From NCBI GenBank assembly GCA_900314525.1, contig OMVN01000008.1, positions 2,721 through 66,720 of the forward strand: DNA of 64,000 bases, written 5' to 3'. The stretch comes from an uncultured Eubacteriales bacterium. Its GTDB lineage: Bacteria > Bacillota > Clostridia > Lachnospirales > Lachnospiraceae. Both the position numbers and the translations under genes were made by a program. Below, in pieces: positions 1-11,200 of the stretch. The first letter of the stretch is position 1; the number at the start of each line of letters is the position of its first letter. The notes beneath the pieces are model-generated. The model saw only the letters and a list, made by a program, of their open reading frames with translations, ran no database searches and was not told where the DNA came from.

Positions 1-522
1 ATATCTGTTACACAGAAACAGTCAGTAAGAGATGCCATAAATCTGGCTAATCAGGGCAAGAGTGCCATAGAGATAAGAGATATACTTGAGAAGAATAAAT
101 TGCATTCGTCAATATATATTATGGTTGATACACTCACTTATCTTAAGAGAGGTGGAAGACTTACTCCTGCAGTTGCAATGATTGGCAATCTTCTAAAGAT
201 TAAACCAGTACTTCAGATTCAGGGGGAGAAATTAGATACATTCCAGAAAGCCAGAACTTTAAAGCAGGCTAAGTCAATAATGATAAAAGCTATACAGAAT
301 GATATAAATACTAGATTCGCAGAATATCCTAAGGAGAAATTTGTAGTTGCAATTGCCCATACAGATAATTATGAGGCAGCATTAGAATTTAGAAAAGAAA
401 TTGCAGAGCAGCTTGCAGGTATTGTAAGGGAAGAGGATATAGAGATAGATAATCTTTCACTCAGTGTGTCCTGTCATATAGGACCAGGTTCACTTGCAGC
501 TACATGTACTATAAAAGAATAA
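1..522 (+). CDS. DegV family fatty-acid-binding protein (5' end outside window)
   Basis: Frame is open from base 1. Motifs VDTLTYLKRGGR, LKIKPVL, IAHT and SCHIGPG are typical of DegV. Confidence 0.9.
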   Translation: MSVTQKQSVRDAINLANQGKSAIEIRDILEKNKLHSSIYIMVDTLTYLKRGGRLTPAVAMIGNLLKIKPVLQIQGEKLDTFQKARTLKQAKSIMIKAIQNDINTRFAEYPKEKFVVAIAHTDNYEAALEFRKEIAEQLAGIVREEDIEIDNLSLSVSCHIGPGSLAATCTIKE

Positions 523-555
523 TTTTTATATTTTAACTATTTTTAATCTTTAAAT

Positions 556-590
556 AAAAAAGCTATAGTCTTGGGACTATAGCTTTTTTT
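556..590. terminator. Bidirectional intrinsic terminator between DegV gene and asnA
   Basis: AAAAAAGCTATAGTC-TTGG-GACTATAGCTTTTTT perfect inverted repeat with A/T tracts, between convergent genes. Confidence 0.85.
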
Positions 591-626
591 AGAGTAGTTT
601 AAAAAACAATTAATTTATTATAAATA

Positions 627-1637
627 CTATAATAATACGATTCCGTTGTTATATGCTTCTTCAACAATATCCTCAGGCCAAATTGATGCCTGAACTTCAC
701 CGATATGTGCTTTTCTCAAATAGAACATGCAGATTCTCGACTGACCAATTCCTCCACCGATTGTATATGGAAGTTCTTTGTCAAGAATTGCTTTCTGGAA
801 TGGAAGAGATGATCTTTCAGGACAGCCAGCTTTGTCAAGCTGCTCTTTAAGAGAATCTTCATCAACACGTACACCCATTGAAGATAACTCAAGCGCAATG
901 TCTAATACAGGATAATACACAATAATATCACCGTTTAATTTCCAGTCATCATAATCAGGAGCTCTTCCGTCGTGTTTTTCACCGGATTTTAATTTATCAC
1001 CAATCTGCATAATGAAAACAGCGCCTTTTAATTTGACAATCTTATATTCTCTTTCCTTAGGAGTGCAGTCTGGATACATATCCTCGAGTTCCTGTGAAGT
1101 GATAAAGTAAATATCTTCTGGTAAAAACTCTTCTATGTAGTTATACTGCATAGCGATAAATTTCTCTGTTTCTTTTAAGGCTCTGTATACTTTTAATACA
1201 GTATGTTTAAGTGTTTCTGTATTTCTTTCTTCTTTTGAAATGATTTTTTCCCAGTCCCACTGATCTACAAAAATTGAATGAATGTTGTCAGTATCTTCAT
1301 CACGTCTTATAGCATTCATATCAGTGTATAAACCCTCACCTGAGTGGAAACAATATCTCTTGAGAGCCTGACGTTTCCATTTTGCAAGAGAGTGTACAAT
1401 CTCAACTTCTCTATCATCTTGCTCTTTTATTCCGAAACTTACTGGTCTTTCAACTCCGTTTAAGTTATCGTTAAGACCGCTTTCGGGTGTTACAAATAAA
1501 GGTGCTGAAACTCTTGTTAAGTTAAGTTCTTTTGCAAGTGAACGCTCAAAAAAATCTTTTACAAGCTTAATTCCAATTTCTGTCTCACGAATAGACAGTG
1601 CGGATTTATATCCTTCTGGTGTGATTATTTTATCCAT
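627..1637 (-). CDS. asnA: Aspartate-ammonia ligase
   Basis: Motifs [38 protein letters not shown] and [10 protein letters not shown]. Confidence 0.96.
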   Translation of the reverse strand: MDKIITPEGYKSALSIRETEIGIKLVKDFFERSLAKELNLTRVSAPLFVTPESGLNDNLNGVERPVSFGIKEQDDREVEIVHSLAKWKRQALKRYCFHSGEGLYTDMNAIRRDEDTDNIHSIFVDQWDWEKIISKEERNTETLKHTVLKVYRALKETEKFIAMQYNYIEEFLPEDIYFITSQELEDMYPDCTPKEREYKIVKLKGAVFIMQIGDKLKSGEKHDGRAPDYDDWKLNGDIIVYYPVLDIALELSSMGVRVDEDSLKEQLDKAGCPERSSLPFQKAILDKELPYTIGGGIGQSRICMFYLRKAHIGEVQASIWPEDIVEEAYNNGIVLL

Positions 1638-1730
1638 TTATTTATGTCCTTTCGAAAAAAACTATATCCGCTATTATATCACACCAGTTTGAAAAATAAA
1701 GTAAAAATTTTTCTATTTTTATAATAATAT

Positions 1731-1759
1731 TTGCGATTTAATTCATATTCAGTTATAAT
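1731..1759 (+). promoter_or_regulatory. SigA-type promoter of hflX operon
   Basis: TTGCGA-17 bp-TATAAT. Confidence 0.65.
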
Positions 1760-1804
1760 AAAATGCAGGTAAGTGTATCGTTACATGAATTGAGGTATTA
1801 TTGA

Positions 1805-3100
1805 ATGGACAAAATGTATGATATTTCGGAGATACAAGAAAGAGTAATATTAGTAGGTGTTTCCGTAAATGAAAATGATGACACAGAGAAGTCATTGGAG
1901 GAATTAAGCGAACTAGTCAAAACTGCAGGAGCTGTTAGCATTGCCAAAGTTATTCAGAATAGAGAGGCAAGGGATAATGCCACTTATGTAGGAAAAGGCA
2001 AGGTTGAAGAAATCAGATTGCTGATTGACGAACTTGATGCAACAGGTATTGTATGTGATGATGAGCTCACCCCTGCACAACTTAAGAATTTAAAAGATGA
2101 ACTTCAGACTAAGGTGATGGACAGAACTCTTGTGATACTAGATATTTTTGCTAAAAGGGCCAGAACCAGAGAAGGTAAGATACAGGTTGAAATGGCTCAG
2201 CTCAAATACAGACAGCAGAGACTTGCTGGTTCTTCTGATTATCTCTCAAGGCTTGGTGGAGGAATTGGTACGAGAGGTCCAGGTGAGAAGAAATTAGAGG
2301 TAGACAGGAGACTTATCAGGGACAGAATTTCAACGCTGAGGCAGGAAATAGAATCTCTTAAGAAACACAGAGAACTTGGAAGAAGTCTGAGACAGAAGAA
2401 TCATACCAAGGTAATATCAATTGTTGGATACACAAATGCGGGAAAGTCAACGTTGTTAAACCATCTTACAGGGGCAGATGTATTTGAAGAAAATGAGTTG
2501 TTTGCAACTCTTGATCCTACTACGAGAAGTTATAAGATGCAGAGTGGACAGGAAGTACTGTTTACTGACACAGTTGGATTTATAAGAAAACTGCCACATA
2601 ATCTTATTGATGCATTTAAGAGTACCTTGGAAGAAGCAAAATACGCAGATATTCTGGTACATGTGGTTGATGCGTCAAATGAAAATATGGACACTCAGAT
2701 GCACATTGTATATGAGACATTAGAACAACTTGGAGTTACAGATAAGCCTGTGATAACTGTATTTAACAAGATGGATATTCTTAAGGAAAAGAAACTGACT
2801 GAGGAAGAAAATCCATACGATATGCCTATTCTCAGAGATTTTAAGGCGGATTATACACTTATGGCCTCTATAAAAAATAATCAGGGAATTGATGAACTTA
2901 TTGCAGACATTGAGTCAGTTTTAAGAGAACAGAAGGTTTATATCGCACGCACACTTAAATATGAAAGTGCAGGTATAATTCAGAAAATCCGAAAATATGG
3001 AGAACTATTAAAAGAAGAATATACTGAGGAAGGTATTGAAATAGAATGTTATGTGCCAGTAGAAATTGCAGGCATGATAGAAAAAGAACAGAGAAAGTAA
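1805..3100 (+). CDS. hflX: GTPase HflX
   Basis: GGGIGTRGPGE, G1 GYTNAGKS, LFATLDPT, DTVGF and NKMD. Confidence 0.96.
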   Translation: MDKMYDISEIQERVILVGVSVNENDDTEKSLEELSELVKTAGAVSIAKVIQNREARDNATYVGKGKVEEIRLLIDELDATGIVCDDELTPAQLKNLKDELQTKVMDRTLVILDIFAKRARTREGKIQVEMAQLKYRQQRLAGSSDYLSRLGGGIGTRGPGEKKLEVDRRLIRDRISTLRQEIESLKKHRELGRSLRQKNHTKVISIVGYTNAGKSTLLNHLTGADVFEENELFATLDPTTRSYKMQSGQEVLFTDTVGFIRKLPHNLIDAFKSTLEEAKYADILVHVVDASNENMDTQMHIVYETLEQLGVTDKPVITVFNKMDILKEKKLTEEENPYDMPILRDFKADYTLMASIKNNQGIDELIADIESVLREQKVYIARTLKYESAGIIQKIRKYGELLKEEYTEEGIEIECYVPVEIAGMIEKEQRK

Positions 3101-3110
3101 GAGGAAAGAA

Positions 3111-3941
3111 ATGAGTTACGCAGATAAATTATTTGTGAATATGTGCAATGATATTTTGGAAAACGGATTTTCCACAGAGGGAGAAAAGGTAAGACCAAAG
3201 TGGGAGGACGGAAGTTTTGCATACACTATAAAGAAATTCGGTGTTGTTAACAGATATGATCTGTCAAAAGAATTCCCAGCTATGACTCTCAGAAAAACAG
3301 CATTTAAAAGCGCAGTAGATGAAATATTGTGGATATGGCAGAAGAAATCAAATAATGTAAATGAACTTAAAAGTCATATATGGGACAGCTGGGCTGATGA
3401 AAATGGCTCAATAGGAAAAGCATATGGATATCAGTTAGGAGTCAAACACCAATATAAAGAAGGTGAAATGGATCAGGTAGACAGAGTTTTGTTTGATCTT
3501 AAAAATAATCCATACAGCAGAAGAATAATGACAAACATTTATGTTCACCAGGATCTGCATGAAATGAATCTTTATCCTTGTGCATATTCCATGACATTTA
3601 ATGTTACAGGAAATAAATTAAATGCAATTTTAAACCAGAGGTCACAGGATATATTAACTGCAAATAACTGGAATGTTGTTCAATACGCAGTTCTTCTGCA
3701 TATGATAGCTCAGGTAAGTGGTCTTGAAGCAGGAGAGTTAGTACATGTAATCGCAGATGCTCATATTTATGACAAACATGTTCCACTAGTTAAGGAATTG
3801 ATTTCAAGAGAACAGTATGATGCACCTATATTCCATATTAATAAAGATATAAAGAATTTTTATGATTTTACAACAGATGATGTGTGGCTTGAAAATTATG
3901 TAACAGGCCCTCAGATAAAAAATATTCCGGTAGCGGTATAG
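3111..3941 (+). CDS. thyA: Thymidylate synthase
   Basis: Catalytic PC motif (LYPCAY), QRSQD, HVIADAHIYDKH; directly upstream of folA. Confidence 0.95.
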   Translation: MSYADKLFVNMCNDILENGFSTEGEKVRPKWEDGSFAYTIKKFGVVNRYDLSKEFPAMTLRKTAFKSAVDEILWIWQKKSNNVNELKSHIWDSWADENGSIGKAYGYQLGVKHQYKEGEMDQVDRVLFDLKNNPYSRRIMTNIYVHQDLHEMNLYPCAYSMTFNVTGNKLNAILNQRSQDILTANNWNVVQYAVLLHMIAQVSGLEAGELVHVIADAHIYDKHVPLVKELISREQYDAPIFHINKDIKNFYDFTTDDVWLENYVTGPQIKNIPVAV

Positions 3942-3953
3942 AAGGAGAAAAGA

Positions 3954-4442
3954 ATGAAATTAATTGTAGCAGTTGATAAGAATTGGGCAATTGGGAACAA
4001 GGGAGATTTACTCACAAGCATTCCTGAGGACAAGAAATTTTTCAGAGAGACAACTACTGGAAATGTAGTGGTAATGGGTAAGAAAACACTTTTAAGTTTC
4101 CCTAATGGACTTCCCCTTAAAAACAGAATAAATATTGTACTCACAACAGATGTGAATTTTACAGCAAAAGATGCAATAATTGTTCATTCACTTGAAGAAT
4201 TGGATGAAGAATTAAAGAAATACAATACAGACTCTGTATATGTTATTGGAGGAGCAATCGTTTATGATGAGCTTTTAGATAAATGTAACGAGGCATATGT
4301 TACATATATTGATTATCAGTATGATGCTGACTGCTATTTCCCTAATCTGGAAAAAAAGGATGAATGGGTAATGACAGAGGAAAGCGAAGAACACACATAT
4401 TTTGATGTGGAGTATTATTTCAGAAAGTATGAAAAGAAATAA
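3954..4442 (+). CDS. folA: Dihydrofolate reductase
   Basis: IVAVDKNWAIG, VVMGKKT, PLKNRINIV, VIGGA and DCYFP. Confidence 0.94.
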   Translation: MKLIVAVDKNWAIGNKGDLLTSIPEDKKFFRETTTGNVVVMGKKTLLSFPNGLPLKNRINIVLTTDVNFTAKDAIIVHSLEELDEELKKYNTDSVYVIGGAIVYDELLDKCNEAYVTYIDYQYDADCYFPNLEKKDEWVMTEESEEHTYFDVEYYFRKYEKK

Positions 4443-4444
4443 TT

Positions 4445-4472
4445 AACAGTTTATAATATTGTGCATAGTATA
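4445..4472 (+). promoter_or_regulatory. Possible SigK (mother-cell) promoter upstream of sleC
   Basis: AC(4446-47)-16 bp-CATA-GTA-TA matches the SigK consensus AC-16-CATAnnnTA. Confidence 0.45.
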
Positions 4473-4491
4473 ATATAAAACAATTAAACGG

Positions 4492-5727
4492 ATGACTATG
4501 CATATTTTAGAAAATAATCTTATCGATAGTGGTACATTAAAGCTAAATGTTACGACATTAAATAACATACCAATAAAAGATGTAAAGATTTCCATATATT
4601 ATGAGGGTGCACCTGAAAATAAGATTGATGAACTTAATACCAACTCTCAGGGTACTACTGAGGAGATTACATTGGATGCACCACCAGTTGAGTTGAGCCT
4701 TGATAAAGAAAATATTATTCAGCCCTATTCCCAGTACAGCGTGTTATTTGAGGCAGAGGGATTTAAAACTGTCAATGTGGATGGGGTGGAAATTTTGTCA
4801 GGACAAAGGGCAGTTCAGAACATAAAATTACTTCCTGGGGAAAATGGTGAAGATTTTGATATTCCTGCACATACACTGTATGGCGAATACCCTCCAAAGA
4901 TTGCCGAAGAGGAAATAAAACCTGTAAATAATCCCGGGGAAATTGTTCTGAGCAAAGTAGTAGTCCCAGAATATGTTGTGGTTCATGATGGACCTCCATC
5001 AGACAGAGGGGCAAATGATTATTATGTGCTCTATAAGGATTATATAAAGAATGTGGCCTGCTCAGAAATATATGCAACATGGCCCGAAGAGACAATTAAG
5101 GCAAATGTTCTAGCGATTATGTCATTTACTCTAAACAGAGTGTATACAGAGTGGTACAGAAATAAAGGATATGATTTTACAATTACATCCTCTACGGCTT
5201 ACGATCATAAGTGGATAAATAATAGAAATATTTTTGATTCTATTTCACTTATTGTAGATGAGATATTTAATTCCTATCTTTCAAGGCCAAATGTCAAACA
5301 GCCAATACTTACACAGTATTGTGATGGAAAGAATGTAACCTGTCCTGGATGGCTGTCACAGTGGGGCTCAAAGAGTTTGGGGGATAGTGGTAACAGCGCA
5401 ATAGACATACTTAGAAGTTACTATGGCAATTCAATTTATGTTAATACCGCTAACACAATATCAGGTGTGCCAATTTCGTATCCTGGATATGAACTGGATA
5501 TAGGATCAAGCGGAAGCAAAGTTATGCAGGTTCAGGAGCAGTTAGATAAGATTGCCACCGTATATTCCAATATTCCAAGAATTACTGCTGATGGAATATA
5601 TGGAGAACAAACTAAAGCAGCAGTAAGGGAGTTTCAGAAAACATTTGATCTTCCACAGACCGGTATCATAGATTTCAGAACATGGTACAAGATTTCACAA
5701 ATATATGTGGGAGTTACAAGAATATAG
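4492..5727 (+). CDS. sleC: Spore cortex-lytic enzyme SleC-like (SpoIID-like catalytic domain plus C-terminal peptidoglycan-binding domain)
   Basis: VVVHDGPP, YIKNVACSEIYATWP, NRVYTEWY, ITSSTAYDHKW, C-terminal ADGIYGEQTKAAVREFQ. Confidence 0.8.
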   Translation: MTMHILENNLIDSGTLKLNVTTLNNIPIKDVKISIYYEGAPENKIDELNTNSQGTTEEITLDAPPVELSLDKENIIQPYSQYSVLFEAEGFKTVNVDGVEILSGQRAVQNIKLLPGENGEDFDIPAHTLYGEYPPKIAEEEIKPVNNPGEIVLSKVVVPEYVVVHDGPPSDRGANDYYVLYKDYIKNVACSEIYATWPEETIKANVLAIMSFTLNRVYTEWYRNKGYDFTITSSTAYDHKWINNRNIFDSISLIVDEIFNSYLSRPNVKQPILTQYCDGKNVTCPGWLSQWGSKSLGDSGNSAIDILRSYYGNSIYVNTANTISGVPISYPGYELDIGSSGSKVMQVQEQLDKIATVYSNIPRITADGIYGEQTKAAVREFQKTFDLPQTGIIDFRTWYKISQIYVGVTRI

Positions 5728-5764
5728 AAACTTTAGCACCAGATTTACGAGAGAAGAATAAGAT

Positions 5765-7045
5765 ATGAATGATACACAAAATAAAACACAATATGCTGAC
5801 ATAATACTTGTATCAGTTCTTGTATTGATTTTTATGATTTTCTATTCAACGATGGGTCATGCAACCCAGGATATTTCTCAGATGGAAAGTCAGAAACAGC
5901 AGAATGCAAGTCAGGCTTCATCATTGCAGGAAGATGCATCCCAGATGATGGAGTCTAAGACTTCGTTAGAAGGACTTGTTACTGATTTGAATAATCAGCT
6001 GGCAGAAATTTCAGGTAAAATATCAGATCTTGAGGGACAGATAACACAGAAATCACAAGAACTGGAAGTTAAGACTGCTGAATATGAGTCAGCAAAGGCA
6101 GATTGTGAAGACCAGTATGACAGTATGAAATTAAGAATCAGATATATGTATGAATCGGGAAATAATCAATATCTGGATATTATTTTCAATGGCTCCTTAT
6201 CTGACATTTTGAATAAGATAGAGTATGTGTCAAAACTTGTTAAATATGACAGGGACATGCTTGACAGGTATAAAGCCACAAAACAGACTATGGATAGCGC
6301 CAAGACACAGTGCGAAAAAGAAAATAAGGAATTGAAAAAATTAAAATCTGATCTTGATGTACAGCAGAAACTGTTGAACGAAAAAATCAATTCATCAAAT
6401 CAGCAGATTCTCCAGTATTCATCACAGATTTCTGAGGCGGAGTCAAAGGCACTTGAATATGAGAAACTTGTTGAACAGCAACAACTTGCTATTAATGATG
6501 AGTCCAGAAGAATTCAGGAATCAAGTATCTATGAGGCAGAGTCAATTGCCAGAGAAAAAATACAAAAAGAAAAAGAGAGCAGAGCAAAGCAGGAAAGCAT
6601 AGATGAATCAATAAGAATAGCAGAGGGAAGGGCACCAGAAGAACAGACAACAAGTCCAGACGGCAGCAAATATTTAGATTATACATATGATGGAAATTAC
6701 AATGCCACTCAGACAGAACTTGATATGTTAGCTGCATTAATAGAATGTGAGGCTGCGAACCAGCCATATTTTGGACAGCTTGCTGTGGGAACTGTGGTTA
6801 TGAACAGAATATACAGCAGAAGTTTTCCAAATACCCTAACAGAAGTCATATATCAGCCATATCAGTTCTCACCAGTACTAAGCGGAAGATTTGCAATTGT
6901 TTATGCAAGAGGAGCAAATGCTCAGTGCTATCAGGCAGCAAGAGAAGTTTTACAGGATCACCTGCTTGTTGGAAGCTGGCTTTTCTTTAGAGTTAATGAT
7001 GGCTCTAGAACGGGAAATGTAATCGGCGACCATGTGTTTTATTAA
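5765..7045 (+). CDS. Membrane-anchored coiled-coil protein with C-terminal SleB/Hydrolase_2 cell-wall hydrolase domain
   Basis: N-terminal hydrophobic segment, long CwlO/PcsB-like coiled coil, then LAALIECEA, VGTVVMNR, FPNTLTEVIYQPYQFSPV and IGDHVFY. Confidence 0.8.
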   Translation: MNDTQNKTQYADIILVSVLVLIFMIFYSTMGHATQDISQMESQKQQNASQASSLQEDASQMMESKTSLEGLVTDLNNQLAEISGKISDLEGQITQKSQELEVKTAEYESAKADCEDQYDSMKLRIRYMYESGNNQYLDIIFNGSLSDILNKIEYVSKLVKYDRDMLDRYKATKQTMDSAKTQCEKENKELKKLKSDLDVQQKLLNEKINSSNQQILQYSSQISEAESKALEYEKLVEQQQLAINDESRRIQESSIYEAESIAREKIQKEKESRAKQESIDESIRIAEGRAPEEQTTSPDGSKYLDYTYDGNYNATQTELDMLAALIECEAANQPYFGQLAVGTVVMNRIYSRSFPNTLTEVIYQPYQFSPVLSGRFAIVYARGANAQCYQAAREVLQDHLLVGSWLFFRVNDGSRTGNVIGDHVFY

Positions 7046-7052
7046 AAAGAGG

Positions 7053-7081
7053 TTGAAAATAAAACGATAATATTGTATAAT
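7053..7081 (+). promoter_or_regulatory. SigA promoter of carAB
   Basis: TTGAAA-17 bp-TATAAT, overlapped by the inverted repeat ATTGTATA-ATC-TATACAAT. Confidence 0.7.
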
Positions 7082-7198
7082 CTATACAATTTGAGAAAAA
7101 ATCTTGCTTACATTGGGCGCCAGGACTGCAAAAGAGTAGTTTTGACGCTTTAACTAAGATAAATACACACACAAATTATTGAGAAAGGACGTACTACT

Positions 7199-8278
7199 AT
7201 GAAAGCTTTTCTAATATTGGAAGATGGAACCGTATTTGAAGGTACATCTATTGGAGCAGACAAAGAAGTTATCAGCGAAATCGTTTTTAACACATCAATG
7301 ACAGGATATTTAGAAGTACTTACTGACCCTTCTTATGCAGGACAGGCAGTAACTATGACATATCCTCTTATCGGAAATTATGGAATTTGCAAGGCAGATA
7401 TGGAGTCTTTGAAAATATGGCCAGATGCATATATTGTCAGAGAATTATCAAGAATACCTAGCAACTTCAGAAGTGAAGCAACAATTCAGGATATGTTAAA
7501 ACTTTATGATATTCCTGGAATAGCAGGAATAGATACAAGAGCCCTTACAAAAATCCTGAGAGAAAAAGGTACAATGAACGGTATGATTACAACAAACGAA
7601 AATATAAACGTAGATGAAATCATTCCTAAATTAAAAGAGTATTCTCCAAGAGGAGTTGTAGCTAAAGTTACATGTGAGGAGAAAAAGGTATTAGAGGGTA
7701 ATGGCAAGAAAGTTGCATTGCTTGATTTTGGAGCAAAGAACAATATTGCTAGATCACTTAATGAGAGAGGATGCGAAGTTACAATTTATCCAGCATTTAC
7801 AAGTGCTGAAGAGATAATTGAGTCAAATCCTGACGGTATTATGCTTTCAAATGGACCTGGAGATCCAAAAGAGTGTGTGTCTATTATAGAAGAATTAAAG
7901 AAATTATATAATACAGAAATCCCAATTTTTGCAATTTGTCTCGGACATCAGCTTATGGCACTTGCAACAGGTGCAGATACACATAAGATGAAATATGGTC
8001 ACAGGGGAGGAAATCATCCTGTTAAAGATCTCAAGACTGGAAGAGTATATATTTCATCACAGAACCATGGATATGTTGTTGATGAAAATACAATAAACAG
8101 TGATATAGCAGAGGTTGGTTTTATCAATGTAAATGATAATACTGTAGAGGGATTAAGATATAAGAATAAGAATATTTTCACAGTTCAGTTCCATCCTGAA
8201 GCATGTCCAGGACCAAAGGACTCAGGACTTCTGTTTGATGAATTCATGAATATGATGGGAGGTAACAAAAATGCCTAA
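7199..8278 (+). CDS. carA: Carbamoyl-phosphate synthase small subunit
   Basis: EIVFNTSMTGY, LSNGPGDP, catalytic ICLGHQ, QNHGY and QFHPE. Confidence 0.97.
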   Translation: MKAFLILEDGTVFEGTSIGADKEVISEIVFNTSMTGYLEVLTDPSYAGQAVTMTYPLIGNYGICKADMESLKIWPDAYIVRELSRIPSNFRSEATIQDMLKLYDIPGIAGIDTRALTKILREKGTMNGMITTNENINVDEIIPKLKEYSPRGVVAKVTCEEKKVLEGNGKKVALLDFGAKNNIARSLNERGCEVTIYPAFTSAEEIIESNPDGIMLSNGPGDPKECVSIIEELKKLYNTEIPIFAICLGHQLMALATGADTHKMKYGHRGGNHPVKDLKTGRVYISSQNHGYVVDENTINSDIAEVGFINVNDNTVEGLRYKNKNIFTVQFHPEACPGPKDSGLLFDEFMNMMGGNKNA

Positions 8279-11200
8279 GAATCCTAATATAAAGAAAGTT
8301 TTAGTAATCGGATCAGGACCTATTGTAATTGGACAGGCAGCAGAGTTTGACTATGCTGGTACTCAGGCTTGCCGTTCTTTAAAAGAAGAGGGCGTAGAAG
8401 TTGTACTCCTCAACTCAAACCCTGCAACTATCATGACAGATAAAGATATTGCAGACGAGGTATACATTGAGCCATTAACAGTAAAAGTATTAGAAAAATT
8501 AATAGAAAAAGAGAAACCAGATAGCATTCTTCCTACACTTGGAGGACAGGCAGGACTTAACCTTGCTATGGAATTAGCTGAGACAGATTTCCTTGAAAAA
8601 CATAATTGTAGATTAATAGGTACAACACCAGAAACAATAAAAAAGGCTGAAGATCGTCTTGAATTCAAAGAGACAATGGAGAAAATTAATGAGCCTGTAG
8701 CACCTTCTCTTGTAGTAGAAAATGTAGAAGACGGTGTTGCATTTACAAATAAAATTGGATATCCAGTTGTACTCAGACCTGCTTACACACTTGGTGGAAG
8801 CGGCGGTGGTATCGCTCATAATCATCAGGAATTAGTTGATATTCTTGAAAACGGACTCAGACTTAGCCGTGTTGGACAGGTTTTAGTTGAGAGATGTATC
8901 GCGGGATGGAAAGAAATAGAGTACGAAGTTATGAGAGATGGTGCAGGAAACTGCATTACAGTATGTAACATGGAAAATATTGATCCTGTAGGAGTTCATA
9001 CAGGTGACAGTATCGTTGTTGCTCCTTCACAGACTTTAGGAGATAAAGAGTATCAGATGCTCCGTAGCTCAGCTCTTAATATTATCAGCGAATTAAATAT
9101 TACAGGTGGATGTAATGTTCAGTATGCATTAAATCCAGATAGTTTTGAATATTGTGTTATCGAAGTTAATCCTCGAGTAAGCCGTTCATCAGCACTTGCA
9201 TCAAAAGCTACAGGTTATCCTATTGCCAAGGTTGCAGCCAAGATTGCTCTTGGATATACACTTGATGAAATCAAGAATGCAATCACAGGAAAAACATATG
9301 CAAGTTTTGAGCCTACACTTGATTACTGCGTAGTTAAGATCCCAAGACTTCCATTTGATAAATTTATTACTGCAAAGAGAACACTTACAACACAGATGAA
9401 AGCAACTGGAGAAGTTATGGCAATCTGCAATAACTTTGAAGGCGCACTTATGAAAGCAATAAGATCATTAGAGCAGCATGTTGAAAATCTTATGGATTAT
9501 GATTTCACAGAACTTAGTGATGATGAACTTAAAGATCAGTTAGCTGTTGTAGATGACAGAAGAATCTGGGTTATTGCAGAGGCAGTAAGAAGAAACTTTG
9601 ATTATGAGCTTATTCATGAAATTACAAAGATAGATATATGGTTCATTGATAAAATCGCTATCATCACAGAGATGGAAGCAAGACTTAAGAATGAAGAACT
9701 TACAGTTGAATTACTTAAGGAAGCAAAGAGAATTGAATTCCCAGATAAATTTATTGCTAAATTAAATGGAAAGATGACAGAGGAAGATGTACATCAGTTA
9801 AGACTTGAAAATGGAATAACAGCAGCATTCAAGATGGTTGATACATGTGCAGCTGAATTTGAGGCAACAACTCCATATTATTATTCAAGCTTTGGAAACA
9901 CAAATGAAGCCATTGAGACAAAACCAGATAAGAAGATTTTAGTTCTTGGTTCAGGTCCAATAAGAATCGGACAGGGTATCGAATTCGATTTCTGTTCTGT
10001 TCACTCAACATGGGCTTTCAGAGAAGAAGGATACGAGACAATTATTATAAACAACAACCCTGAGACAGTAAGTACTGACTTTGATATAGCTGATAAGCTG
10101 TATTTTGAGCCACTTACACCAGAGGATGTACAGAATGTTGTAGACATCGAGAAACCAGATGGAGCAGTTGTTCAGTTCGGTGGACAGACAGCTATTAAAC
10201 TTACAGAGAGTCTTATGAAAATGGGAGTTCCAATCCTTGGTACAAAAGCAGAGGATGTAGATGCAGCAGAGGATAGAGAATTATTTGATGAGATTCTTGA
10301 AAAATGTGGAATTCCAAGACCTTCAGGCGGAACAGTATTTACATGTGAAGAGGCTAAACAGGTGGCTAATAAGTTAGGATATCCTGTGCTTGTAAGACCT
10401 TCTTATGTACTTGGTGGTCAGGGAATGCAGATAGCAACATCGGATGAAGAAATAGAAGAATTTATGAATATTATCAATCGTATTGCACAGGATCACCCAA
10501 TTCTTGTAGATAAATACTTAGTTGGTAAAGAAATAGAAGTTGATGCAGTATGTGATGGTACTGATATTCTTATTCCAGGAATCATGGAACATATTGAGAG
10601 AGCCGGAGTTCACTCTGGTGATAGTATTTCAGTATATCCAGCACAGACATTATCAGATGCAGCAATATTGAAAATAGAGAAATACACAGAATTACTTGCT
10701 AAATCACTTCATGTAAAGGGAATGATTAACATTCAGTTCATAGTATGTGGAGACAGTGATGTATATGTTATCGAGGTAAATCCTCGTTCAAGCCGTACTG
10801 TGCCATATATCAGTAAGGTAACAGGAATTCCAATTGTAAAGATTGCAACAAAGTGTATAATCGGACATTCATTAAAAGAATTAGGATATACTCCTGGCCT
10901 TCAGAAAAAAGCAGATTATATTGCTATTAAGATGCCTGTATTTTCATTTGAGAAGATCAGAGGAGCTGAGATAAGCCTTGGACCAGAGATGAAATCTACT
11001 GGTGAGTGTCTTGGTATTGCAGAGACATTTGAGGAAGCATTATATAAAGCATTCCTTGGAGCAGGTGTAGACTTACCAAAACACAAAAAGGTTATCATCA
11101 CAGTTAATGATGCAGATAAGAAAGATGCAATCTCAATAGGAAGAAGATTTGAAGCCTTAGGATATGAAGTATACGCTACAAGAAGTACTGCAAAGGTATT

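Noticed and set aside
7091-7198. PyrR-binding attenuator
   Set aside because: No ARUCCnGnGAGGYU consensus and no terminator/antiterminator pair.
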